IMG/VR virus record: IMGVR_UViG_3300027834_000005
Coordinates: 283,233 to 347,232 of that record
Reading direction: 5' to 3' (one strand)
DNA length: 64,000 nucleotides
The position numbers were made by a program, and so were the translations under genes. Of the stretch, positions 1 to 8,792 are shown piece by piece (the stretch's first letter is position 1; each line of letters opens with the position of its first letter). The notes beneath the pieces are model-generated. The model was not told where the DNA came from. It was given only the letters and a program-made list of their open reading frames with translations, and searched no databases.

Positions 1-900
1 ATTGTAGATGTTAATGGTGGTAGTGCTGTTGTTAATGCGGTAGTTGAAGCTATATGGGATAACGTAACGAGAACTGTTACTGGCCTTACAATCGTTAGTG
101 TTGGTTCTGGATACGTATCAGCGCCATCAGTTACTATCAGAGATCCTTTATCTAAGGTAATGTATAAGTTTAGATATGACTTAGGTTTGCCAACTGCAAC
201 ACCTACAGACATTACTAATGCTAACGCAGCTTTTAATGCCGTAGACGATCTTACATTTCCTCTGTCTAAGCTTATCGACTCAGTGGCTAATTCACAGTCG
301 CAGTTATTAGGTGCAGGCGGACAAGGCAAAGCAGTAATTATAGATTCTAGTGGACAAGCTGTCCTAGTAATGGACACGCCCAATCAGGCATCAGCTACCA
401 CTACAATCATCAATGAGATTAATAGTAGCTCAGCGTCATTGGCTCAATCAAGCCAGAACGTAGAAGTACTAACAGAATACTCTACATTACCAACAGCGCC
501 ACCATCAGTTATCATACCGACTGAAGATTTAGAAAGTGGACAGTTAGTGGCAACTGGTGCTAACACATGGACTAATGTAGAGATTGACGACAAGGATAAT
601 CCAGGTAATACGATTGTATTAGCTTATGATCCATTAGACTCTAATTCAATATTCCTGAAGTTTAGCGCTAAGCATTCTTCTGGTGATACGTTCTTAAGAA
701 ACGGATTCATGAACATCGTTGTGTACGATGGCGTGACTGACTTAACGACGTCAAGTACTGAAGTTAAAGCTCCTGCGTTGTCCGGCAATAACATTTATTT
801 CAGAACCTTTATGGTTACTGGACAGGCAGTCCTTCAGTATTGGCATACATTCCCTAACGACGTGGAATTAAAGTTTGCATCTACTGAATGGTTAGCTTAA
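1..900 (+). CDS. C-terminal part of a virion structural protein (5'-truncated by window edge)
   Basis: Frame of ORF 160..900 is open back to base 1 (IVDVNGGSAVV...GSGYVSAPSVTIRDP). The GSGY..aP.VtI motif is typical of T4-like tail/baseplate proteins. Confidence 0.6.
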   Translation: MVDVNGGSAVVNAVVEAIWDNVTRTVTGLTIVSVGSGYVSAPSVTIRDPLSKVMYKFRYDLGLPTATPTDITNANAAFNAVDDLTFPLSKLIDSVANSQSQLLGAGGQGKAVIIDSSGQAVLVMDTPNQASATTTIINEINSSSASLAQSSQNVEVLTEYSTLPTAPPSVIIPTEDLESGQLVATGANTWTNVEIDDKDNPGNTIVLAYDPLDSNSIFLKFSAKHSSGDTFLRNGFMNIVVYDGVTDLTTSSTEVKAPALSGNNIYFRTFMVTGQAVLQYWHTFPNDVELKFASTEWLA

Positions 901-1364
901 TGGAATGGAATAATTGTACCTACATCGAAATGTTAAGGGAATGGAAGCAACATAGAGTAGATATTGTTGCTCTCCCTTTCGAAGATGCGATGAAAGCAGT
1001 CGCTAAATTTTGGGGAACGGTCCCCATACACACATCAAAAAATGTAAGATTATACGAACCGGAGACTTGGATGTCACCATGGGAAATCCTACATGAGAAT
1101 TCGCTATGCGAAAACAAGGTAGCCATAATGATCTACCATACGTTAGTAGCAGCTTATGAAGATGACGACGTCGATGTGACCATGAGAGTGGCATACGATA
1201 AGGGTGACGAGTTTCTCGTTGTCGCAGTAAACAGAACGTATATATCAGGGGACGCATGTACCTTGAACTATATTACTGGAAGTCCAGTCATGGAAGACGA
1301 CCAACCATCGATAAACTTCATACATACATTCGATGAGGACACTCCTCATCTTAGAGAAAAATAA
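900..1364 (+). CDS. Hypothetical protein, weak transglutaminase-like (BTLCP-like) motif
   Basis: ATG at 900 overlaps the upstream TAA. SPWEILHENSLCENKVAIMIYHTL resembles the P-E...C-E-x-x-A motif. No clear catalytic His. Confidence 0.5.
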   Translation: MEWNNCTYIEMLREWKQHRVDIVALPFEDAMKAVAKFWGTVPIHTSKNVRLYEPETWMSPWEILHENSLCENKVAIMIYHTLVAAYEDDDVDVTMRVAYDKGDEFLVVAVNRTYISGDACTLNYITGSPVMEDDQPSINFIHTFDEDTPHLREK

Positions 1365-1387
1365 AATACAGTTAATCAGGAGATGTT

Positions 1388-2380
1388 ATGACTAAATTGA
1401 CAAGATGTCAACAAAAACAGTCAGCGTATATCGTCACCTATCCAGATGCAGTTAACTTTGCTGAGATGCAATCTTCTATCGCGTGGCCTCCATTGGAGAT
1501 CCCAGTAGAAGGTGACATACAGGAATTCTTAACCGGAGCAACGGAAAGTGATCGACACGCTGTTACTACAGTCCTAAAGCTATTCACCAAATATGAATTA
1601 GTGGCAGGCAACGAATACTGGGGCAATAGAATTGCAAAACGTTACCCTAGAGTATGCATACAACGTATGGCGAATTCATTTGCTAATGCAGAATTAAATA
1701 TGCACGCGCCGTTCTATAACGAATTGAACAAGGTACTTAACTTAGACACTGAAGAGTTCTATAACAGTTACCTAGAAGACGAAACATTAACCGCACGTAT
1801 GAAGCATATCGATTCAGTTGTTTCATCTAAGAATGACCTATTGTCAGTTGGTGCATTCTCTATTGTAGAAGGTGCGATTTTATATTCTGCCTTTGCTTTT
1901 TTAAAGCACTACAGAGTTGGCGGTAAAAATATGTTTAAGAATCTTATCTCAGGAATTAACTTTTCTGTTAGAGATGAGAACCTTCACTCAGAAGGCGGAG
2001 CATGGTTATTTAGAACACACAAAAAAGAACTTGAAGAAGCTGGACAACTTAGTTCAGAAGAACAAGAATCTTTACGTGATGAAGTTTATGAATTTGCCAC
2101 TACGGTATATGAGCACGAATGTAAGATCATTGAGATGTTATTTGAGAAAGGTAATATTCCAGGTATCACATCCACACAGCTGAAGCATTTTGTAGAAAGT
2201 AGAATTAATATGTGCTTGAAAAACTTAGGTTACCCTGCGTTATTCAAAGTGTCCTATAACCCTATTGCAGAATGGTTCTACGATAATATCAACGCGGTTA
2301 AACTGCATGATTTTTTCGACACTACAGGTTCAGAATACAACAGAAGTTGGAACCAAGACAAATTTGACGCATGGGATTAA
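1388..2380 (+). CDS. nrdB: Ribonucleotide reductase class I beta subunit
   Basis: Ferritin-fold ligands (YE, ELNMH, EG, DENLH), radical-position Tyr in HAPFY, C-terminal DFF...EY; SD CAGGAG. Confidence 0.93.
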   Translation: MTKLTRCQQKQSAYIVTYPDAVNFAEMQSSIAWPPLEIPVEGDIQEFLTGATESDRHAVTTVLKLFTKYELVAGNEYWGNRIAKRYPRVCIQRMANSFANAELNMHAPFYNELNKVLNLDTEEFYNSYLEDETLTARMKHIDSVVSSKNDLLSVGAFSIVEGAILYSAFAFLKHYRVGGKNMFKNLISGINFSVRDENLHSEGGAWLFRTHKKELEEAGQLSSEEQESLRDEVYEFATTVYEHECKIIEMLFEKGNIPGITSTQLKHFVESRINMCLKNLGYPALFKVSYNPIAEWFYDNINAVKLHDFFDTTGSEYNRSWNQDKFDAWD

Positions 2381-2383
2381 AGC

Positions 2384-4135
2384 ATGGCCAAGGAAGATAA
2401 CATATACGAAATTCTTTCAGAAGAGAGAAAGAAATTACAGGACGAAGGTAAATTACCAGAATGGTTTACCACAGGCGGATGGCAGCTTTTCAAAGAGAAA
2501 GTAATGTATGACTGCGATGGATATATTCCTCAAGTAGTTAGAGTTGCTGAAGACTTAGCTAAGCACGCACCTTCCTTCCCAGAGAAAGGACACAAACACG
2601 GAGATCTTCTTAGAGCTAACTACGGTGACAACTGGAAAGACGTTTTCATCGCATTGTTCAAGGATGGTGATTTAGCACCGTCTTCTCCATTAATCGCCAA
2701 TGGCGGAACTGATAGAGGCTGTACAGTTAGTTGTTCAGGCGGAGTAATCCCTGACTCTATCGGTGGGTTCTATAAAGCTCAACATGAGACTGCTCTGTTG
2801 ACTAAAGAAGGATTCGGTACAAGTGCATACTTAGGTGATATTAGACCTCGCGGTTTTACATTCGCTGGCGGTGGCACAGCATCAGGTACATACCCAGTAC
2901 TACGTGACTTTGTACAACTAAGTAAAGATGTTAGTCAAGGCGCAGTACGTCGTGGCGCATGGGCAGGATACATAGAAATCGATCATGATGATTTTGATGA
3001 ATGGGCAGACATGTTACATAAAAATCCAGAAGGTATTAATATCGGTTGGGTTGTAACTAAAGAAGTAATCCAGAAATGGGTTGATAAAGATCCAGAAATG
3101 ATTCGTCGTTTCAAGAAAGCTTTATGGATTAAGTGTCAATCTGGTAAAGGTTACTTTTGGAAAGTAGATCACGTAAATGATCAACAGCCGCAGATGTATA
3201 AAGACAAAGGTTTGGCCAATAAAGCTTCTAACCTATGTACTGAAATTACATTGCACGCCGATGATGAACATACTTATACGTGCGTACTTTCTTCCATGAA
3301 TGGTTATCACTATGACCGTTGGAAAGATACTGGTGCTGTCTTTGCATCAACAGTATTACTTGATTGTAATGCTCAAGCTTTCTTAGAGAGAGCAAAAGGT
3401 ATTGAAGGTTTGGAAAAATCTGTACGCTTCACCGAAAAGTCACGCGCTTTAGGTTTAGGACTACTAGGATTCCATTCTTACTTACAGAAGAATATGGTTG
3501 CTATGGATAGCTTTGAAGCTCATCAGATCAACAATACAATGTTCAAGCACATGCACGATGAATCTCTAGCAGCTTCACAGTGGATGGCGGGTGAATGGGG
3601 CGAACCAGAATGGTGTAAAGGTTACGGCGTACGTAATACACATCGCATGGCAATAGCACCTAACATGAGTTCTGCTGTAATGGCTGGTCAAGTATCTCAG
3701 GGTATAGAACCAATCATTGCTAACGTTTACACTCAGGCTACGACTGCTGGTGAAATGCAACGTATCAATCCAGAGTTCTTGAAGATTGCTAAAGAGCGCG
3801 GTAAGTACAATAAGACAACTATCCGTTCTATCATTGATAGATTGGGATCAGTACAGCACTTAGATTGGTTGACTGAAAACGAAAAGAATGTATTTAAAAC
3901 TGCATTCGAAATCGATCAACGTCTATTACTACGTTTAGCTTCAACTAGACAGCAATGGATTGACCAAGGGCAATCTCTTAACTTGTTCTTCTCTGCAGAT
4001 GAAGATGAATCTTACATTGCGGAAGTACACAGAGAGTTCTTCATGGATGACAGACTGAAAGGTTTGTACTACTTGAGAACAATGGCCGGTGTTGATGCCG
4101 CTAAAGATAGTGATTGTGCAGCATGTGAAGGATGA
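2384..4135 (+). CDS. nrdA: Ribonucleotide reductase class I alpha subunit (no ATP cone)
   Basis: VSCS, SNLCTEI, TCVLSS, AIAPN, GLYYLR motifs and C-terminal CAACEG. Confidence 0.95.
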   Translation: MAKEDNIYEILSEERKKLQDEGKLPEWFTTGGWQLFKEKVMYDCDGYIPQVVRVAEDLAKHAPSFPEKGHKHGDLLRANYGDNWKDVFIALFKDGDLAPSSPLIANGGTDRGCTVSCSGGVIPDSIGGFYKAQHETALLTKEGFGTSAYLGDIRPRGFTFAGGGTASGTYPVLRDFVQLSKDVSQGAVRRGAWAGYIEIDHDDFDEWADMLHKNPEGINIGWVVTKEVIQKWVDKDPEMIRRFKKALWIKCQSGKGYFWKVDHVNDQQPQMYKDKGLANKASNLCTEITLHADDEHTYTCVLSSMNGYHYDRWKDTGAVFASTVLLDCNAQAFLERAKGIEGLEKSVRFTEKSRALGLGLLGFHSYLQKNMVAMDSFEAHQINNTMFKHMHDESLAASQWMAGEWGEPEWCKGYGVRNTHRMAIAPNMSSAVMAGQVSQGIEPIIANVYTQATTAGEMQRINPEFLKIAKERGKYNKTTIRSIIDRLGSVQHLDWLTENEKNVFKTAFEIDQRLLLRLASTRQQWIDQGQSLNLFFSADEDESYIAEVHREFFMDDRLKGLYYLRTMAGVDAAKDSDCAACEG

Positions 4136-4239
4136 TTACTCGTAGGGGTAAGGTGATCTTTGTGGAGGTAGGGGATATGGCCACCGCCGAAGCAGAGATG
4201 TTACTGAAGAAGCTAAAGAGAAAGCGCAGGGCTAGATAA
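4132..4239 (+). CDS. 35-aa micro-ORF (MITRRGKVIFVEVGDMATAEAEMLLKKLKRKRRAR)
   Basis: ATGA overlap with the nrdA stop; open 36 codons; below the ORF-track cutoff. Confidence 0.45.
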   Translation: MITRRGKVIFVEVGDMATAEAEMLLKKLKRKRRAR

Positions 4240-4290
4240 TCTAGTCCAGCTACACAAATAATTATACACATACAAAAAGGATAAATACAA

Positions 4291-4626
4291 ATGATTAAAG
4301 AAAAAACTACACTTATAGAAGAAGGCGCGATCATCGGAGTTAAATTTGTTTCTGGTGAAGACGTTATGGCAAAGATCGGAAAAATATTAGGTGACCAAGT
4401 AGAATTAATTCTACCTCACTCTTTGGTAACATCGCACGAAGGAGCAGCGTTTATGGCTTGGCCTTCAATGGTGAGCGATGACTCGTTTTTCGTTCATAAG
4501 AATAAAATTATGATTGCCTATCCGTTAAGAGAAGATTTCTTAAACCAATACTCTCCACTTCATGGTGAAGTTGAGGAAGAAAAAGCTGGCATCTTTATGC
4601 CGCCAGAGAAGAAGATAATTTCATAA
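4291..4626 (+). CDS. Hypothetical protein, probable Sm-like fold
   Basis: GVKFVSGEDVMAKI start resembles the K-L-x-S-G-E motif of small myovirus Sm-like proteins. Confidence 0.45.
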   Translation: MIKEKTTLIEEGAIIGVKFVSGEDVMAKIGKILGDQVELILPHSLVTSHEGAAFMAWPSMVSDDSFFVHKNKIMIAYPLREDFLNQYSPLHGEVEEEKAGIFMPPEKKIIS

Positions 4627-4919
4627 TGACTATTCCGGTATCCAGATTAGGAGATCTATCTACTCCAGACCCATGTAAAGCTCCTCCAAGAGCTAGTATA
4701 CAAGGTTCGGGTAATGTATTTGTTAATGGGATTCCGGTACATAGAGTCGGCGATGCTTGGGCACCACATGCTTGCCCAGGTTCACCTCCGCATGCAGCCA
4801 CCACCGCTGTCGGATCGGCAACAGTTTTTGTAAACGGTATGCCTATTTCAAGACTAGGTGATCTCATTAGTTGTGGTTCTACCATAGCTGTGGGTTCTGG
4901 GAATGTATTCGCGGGATAA
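4626..4919 (+). CDS. PAAR-repeat baseplate spike tip protein (T4 gp5.4-like)
   Basis: PVSRLGD / PVHRVGD / PISRLGD repeats, GSGNVFVNG, Cys/His metal ligands. Confidence 0.92.
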   Translation: MTIPVSRLGDLSTPDPCKAPPRASIQGSGNVFVNGIPVHRVGDAWAPHACPGSPPHAATTAVGSATVFVNGMPISRLGDLISCGSTIAVGSGNVFAG

Positions 4920-4921
4920 TT

Positions 4922-5743
4922 ATGGCTTATTTGAATGAAAATGGCGAGTGGGTTTTAGGCGATGCCGTAGAATCCACTACTCAGCCTGAAGAAGAATTAC
5001 GTGATGAAAATGGGTGTCTACCCATTGATCCAACCCAACCTTATAAACCGCCTTGTTTTCTTCCCAGTGAAGAAGATTGCGTGTCCCCATATGTTATAAG
5101 ACAGAAGAGTAGAGAAACAGTATCTGGATTTGTTTATAGATCAGTAGACACTGGAAAGAGACCTTATGTAAGTATGACATGGCAGTATCATAATGGCACG
5201 TCTTATGTTGATACAACTAATTATAATAATATGAAGATTACGTCAGCCGGTGCCGCTAACAAGCCAAGAGCTAAGTTCACTACATACGATGATAGTAATG
5301 GTTCCCAAGAAACTTTATACGGAAGTCATTATGAATTGACAGTTACTATACCTCCTGTGCTACCCGCTACAGTTGGAACAACTGTAACAACATACGTAAA
5401 TGCGATGAATGCCTCTACTACAGCGTTAAGTGCCAGCTCATTTGTAAGGTTGCCCAATGTTGATGAGCTAGAAAACTACACTAGAAATATTGATGGTGTC
5501 GGTGGATTTGAACCGTCCAGTATCACTACGTATTTTAGCAAGCAAAGATTGGAATATAATATTCCGGTGGATGGAGTTTCAACAGTAACAGAAATTGAAG
5601 ACCCTACGTCATTAAGGACAGGTCCATTTGAGACTATCGCTTATGAAGGGTTGACAGAAGAGAACAATGACATCGGTAGGTTAGAAGATGGTGTTGGTAA
5701 AGTAAGATATAATTATGTGACGTCCTTATGGGAAGAACTATAA
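4922..5743 (+). CDS. Hypothetical protein, possibly virion-associated
   Basis: Long ORF directly after PAAR; ATG at 4922 chosen over 4871, which overlaps PAAR. Confidence 0.5.
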   Translation: MAYLNENGEWVLGDAVESTTQPEEELRDENGCLPIDPTQPYKPPCFLPSEEDCVSPYVIRQKSRETVSGFVYRSVDTGKRPYVSMTWQYHNGTSYVDTTNYNNMKITSAGAANKPRAKFTTYDDSNGSQETLYGSHYELTVTIPPVLPATVGTTVTTYVNAMNASTTALSASSFVRLPNVDELENYTRNIDGVGGFEPSSITTYFSKQRLEYNIPVDGVSTVTEIEDPTSLRTGPFETIAYEGLTEENNDIGRLEDGVGKVRYNYVTSLWEEL

Positions 5744-5749
5744 AACGAC

Positions 5750-5778
5750 TTGACAATTAGTTAGAGAGGTACTATAAT
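5750..5778 (+). promoter_or_regulatory. Perfect-consensus sigma70 promoter
   Basis: TTGACA-17 bp-TATAAT. Confidence 0.75.
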
Positions 5779-6001
5779 GTCGTACGGTAATACAGGAAGT
5801 AATAACAGCAACTACAATGAAAGAAAGCGTAGTGGCGGTGGTGGTAAAAGTGCATACGAGATCAGAACAGATGTTTTGAAATTGGCAATGGAACTACATA
5901 ACGTCAATAGTACTGGAAAGGGTGAAGAAATTGATCCTGACAAAGTTATTGAAACAGCTACTAAGTTTAACGACTTCATTTCTAAAAAGAATGACAAATA
6001 A
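5777..6001 (+). CDS. Small conserved-type phage hypothetical protein
   Basis: SD GAGG; KSAYEIRTDVLKLAMEL resembles a small myovirus protein family. Confidence 0.6.
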   Translation: MSYGNTGSNNSNYNERKRSGGGGKSAYEIRTDVLKLAMELHNVNSTGKGEEIDPDKVIETATKFNDFISKKNDK

Positions 6002-6051
6002 CGCACAGTAACATTGATTGCTGTGCTCAATATGGTTATACACGAGGTAAC

Positions 6052-6819
6052 GTGACCATGGACATGAGTAAAGTAATCCTAGATCATATGGAAGGGTTCT
6101 TAGTCATCAGTGATATTCATGGAGAATATGACAAGATGATGGGGGCGGTTGAATATGCAAAAAGTCACTACCTTCATATAGTCTTCTTAGGGGATTTGGT
6201 TGATGGTGGTGATAAGCCATATGAAACAGTTAAAGAAGTAAAGTCTCTTTTAGACAGCGGCATGGCAACTTTTATCATGGGAAACCACGATTATAAATGG
6301 CACAGGGCTATCTTGGGAAACAAAGTAATCTTTACCGACTATATGGTTTCTACAATTTTTGATATACCTCTTGGTTCAGAACAAGACTTCATGGACACGT
6401 ACAAATATGTATGTGAGCATAAAAACACATCAGTCCATGCGATATACATGGAATGGGCATTTGTTCATGCTGCCATCGTTCCTAACGTATACACAGATGT
6501 AGATCTCACTAAGAAAGAGACTCATACTCTATTGTACGGTAGCACCAACGGTAGGCGTGATGACAGGGGATTCCCTGTGAGGTTATACGATTGGATAGAT
6601 GATATCCCAAAGGGCCACAAAGCGATTGTGGGGCACGACAGAGCGCCTATGGGCAAGACTTTTGATGGTAGGCCAGAAATGTACGGTGGTGCATTAGGCG
6701 GGTTAGCCATTTTTACAGATACCGGATGTGGAAAGAGAGACGACGGGACATTAACAGTCACTAGTCTTAAGTTTGTATACGACATCGGGTTAACTTTTGA
6801 TAGATTTATTTCATTTTGA
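6052..6819 (+). CDS. Calcineurin-like metallophosphoesterase
   Basis: ISDIHG, FLGDLVDGG, MGNHD, VHA, VGHD, DTG motifs; start may be ATG 6058. Confidence 0.88.
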   Translation: MTMDMSKVILDHMEGFLVISDIHGEYDKMMGAVEYAKSHYLHIVFLGDLVDGGDKPYETVKEVKSLLDSGMATFIMGNHDYKWHRAILGNKVIFTDYMVSTIFDIPLGSEQDFMDTYKYVCEHKNTSVHAIYMEWAFVHAAIVPNVYTDVDLTKKETHTLLYGSTNGRRDDRGFPVRLYDWIDDIPKGHKAIVGHDRAPMGKTFDGRPEMYGGALGGLAIFTDTGCGKRDDGTLTVTSLKFVYDIGLTFDRFISF

Positions 6820-6826
6820 GGTGATT

Positions 6827-7048
6827 ATGAGCGAATTATGTGATATACTTGATTCTTTCGTCAGTAATGTTTCTACCTACCCTTGCGGTAAGAGAGAGAA
6901 CGAACTAATAAAACTACGGATGGGATTGAATGACAAATACTGTCCTTTGATCGTTGAAATGACTATTGGAAGGTATGTAAAAGATGGTAAGCTTACCCAC
7001 TGCCAAAGCACTATTGATGCACTTGATGATGTTGTTCTCGTTAAATGA
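6827..7048 (+). CDS. Hypothetical protein
   Basis: SD GAGGTG before ATG 6827. Confidence 0.5.
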   Translation: MSELCDILDSFVSNVSTYPCGKRENELIKLRMGLNDKYCPLIVEMTIGRYVKDGKLTHCQSTIDALDDVVLVK

Positions 7049-7517
7049 TGGACAAATAGATCAAGAACAAGCGTACTGCATGGCTATAAATATTTACCAC
7101 GAAGCTAGATCCGAATCTATTGCAGGTCAGATAGAAGTAGCTCACGCTACTATGGAACGTGTTAGGGATAAAAGATTCCCTAGTACTATATGCGGAGTGG
7201 TATTACAAACGAACCGTGATTCTTTGGGTAGACCAAAGTTATATCGCTGTTCGTTTTCTTGGTTTTGCGATGGCAAGCCAGATGATATTGAATTTGTTAA
7301 GAAAGGCAAGTTCATGATCATAGATTACAGAAACTTTATGACGGCGTCTATGGTGGCGTTGAGAGTAATAAACGGTGACTATAAAAGCGAGTGCGAAGGT
7401 GCTAACTTTTATTATAATCCTACTTTAGCTTCACCTCGGTGGGCTAAACACTACACATTAAAATGCAGGATAGGAAATCATGCATTTCACAGACGAGAGA
7501 AAGGAAGTCTTTTATGA
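6984..7517 (+). CDS. Cell wall hydrolase, SleB/Hydrolase_2 family, with N-terminal hydrophobic segment
   Basis: CMAINIYHEARSE, FPSTICGVV, SFSW, GANFYY, IGNHAF. Confidence 0.9.
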   Translation: MVSLPTAKALLMHLMMLFSLNDGQIDQEQAYCMAINIYHEARSESIAGQIEVAHATMERVRDKRFPSTICGVVLQTNRDSLGRPKLYRCSFSWFCDGKPDDIEFVKKGKFMIIDYRNFMTASMVALRVINGDYKSECEGANFYYNPTLASPRWAKHYTLKCRIGNHAFHRREKGSLL

Positions 7518-8362
7518 AGAATTATCTTGAATTATTGCAAGATATTAAGGACAATGGAGTTGTCAAAGGAAGTAGATCAGGTAAAACCACATCCGTATTT
7601 GGCAGATCCCTTAGATGGGATCTTTCAGAAGGATTCCCCGCATTAACTACTAGAAGAGTACCCCTACGTTTCGCTTTTGAGGAAACATGGTTCTTCCTTA
7701 GTGGTAGCACAGACACTACCATCTTAGCAGACAAAAACATTCCCATTTGGGAAGGAAACACCACGCGTGAGTTTTTAGATGATAAAGGCCTTACTGATTT
7801 GCCAGTTGGCAGCTTAGGAACAGGCTATTCTCATCAGTGGAGAAACTTTGGTGGCGCTATAGGCGGTGATGACGGCATAGACCAGATCACAGAGCTTGTA
7901 GAAGGCCTTAAGAACGATCCTAACTCAAGAAGGCACATTGTGTCGGGTTGGAATCCAAAGCAGTTAGACGGCACTCCACTGCCTCCATGTCACGTATATA
8001 ATCAATACTATATTGCAGAAGGCAAATTGCACTCCACATTCATGATGAGAAGCACAGACGTTCCGTTTGGTCTCCCATTTAATATGATGGGCTATGCACT
8101 TCTTAACATGGCGATTGCTAAGCTATTAGGATTGGAAGCTGGTGACTTGGTTTACTTCGGTAATGACGTTCATATCTATGAAGAGCAGATGCCTATGGTG
8201 GATGAGATGTTACAGCGCACACCTGACGCCATGCCTACTCTAATAATCAAAAAAGATCTGAAAACGATTGACGATTTGCTGTCTATGGAGTATAATGATA
8301 TTGAGCTGAAGGACTATGCGCCACAGCCAGATATAAAAAATAAGCCAAAGATGGCGGTGTAA
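7514..8362 (+). CDS. thyA: Thymidylate synthase
   Basis: RSGKTTSVFG, RRHIV, LPPCH, RSTDVPFGLPFN, DVHIYE; ATGA overlap with upstream stop. Confidence 0.97.
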   Translation: MKNYLELLQDIKDNGVVKGSRSGKTTSVFGRSLRWDLSEGFPALTTRRVPLRFAFEETWFFLSGSTDTTILADKNIPIWEGNTTREFLDDKGLTDLPVGSLGTGYSHQWRNFGGAIGGDDGIDQITELVEGLKNDPNSRRHIVSGWNPKQLDGTPLPPCHVYNQYYIAEGKLHSTFMMRSTDVPFGLPFNMMGYALLNMAIAKLLGLEAGDLVYFGNDVHIYEEQMPMVDEMLQRTPDAMPTLIIKKDLKTIDDLLSMEYNDIELKDYAPQPDIKNKPKMAV

Positions 8363-8363
8363 T

Positions 8364-8792
8364 ATGGAAATTTCTAGGACGTTAGAGGAGCAACTCAGTT
8401 ATTTAGAGATGGCTCTTTTCAATGGAGTATTCAGTGAAGATAAGCTTGCGGATCATTTGCAATGTGTGATGCAAGATAAACTGGCAGGGCATGACCCTAT
8501 GGCATATGATTCAGCTACGTGTAAACAGTTGAACCTAAATAAATATAGCGACCTGACAGATTACAGTACCGTTTATCCAGCTAGGCATAGTATTTTTACT
8601 GAGATGGCTAATGAGATAACTATTCTGGTTAAACGTAATGAAGTATTAGAAGCCGAAGTAAAAACGTTATGCGAAGACCGTACTAGACATGATAATAGAT
8701 TACGTAATCTTGAAGATAAAGTGAATGTTTTAGTACAAACGCACAACGCTAAAGCAGAACATGAATCTGCTATACAGACGAGGATTTATTAA
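8364..8792 (+). CDS. Hypothetical protein with C-terminal coiled coil
   Basis: Tightly packed ORF; heptad-like L/V pattern near the C-terminus. Confidence 0.55.
   Translation: MEISRTLEEQLSYLEMALFNGVFSEDKLADHLQCVMQDKLAGHDPMAYDSATCKQLNLNKYSDLTDYSTVYPARHSIFTEMANEITILVKRNEVLEAEVKTLCEDRTRHDNRLRNLEDKVNVLVQTHNAKAEHESAIQTRIY

Noticed and set aside
4280-4287. GATAAATA as a late promoter
   Set aside because: It lies only 3 nt before the ATG and overlaps the SD AAGGA, so the transcript would start after the start codon. Left ambiguous.
6003-6026. Terminator after ORF 5777
   Set aside because: A 9-bp stem (GCACAGTAA/TTGCTGTGC) exists but has no U-tract. It may be a processing or stability hairpin, but there is no further support.
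7514-8362. ThyA as a dCMP hydroxymethylase (modified-base pathway)
   Set aside because: The specificity residue is Asn (GLPFN), as in dUMP-specific enzymes, and no glycosyl- or base-modifying genes are adjacent.
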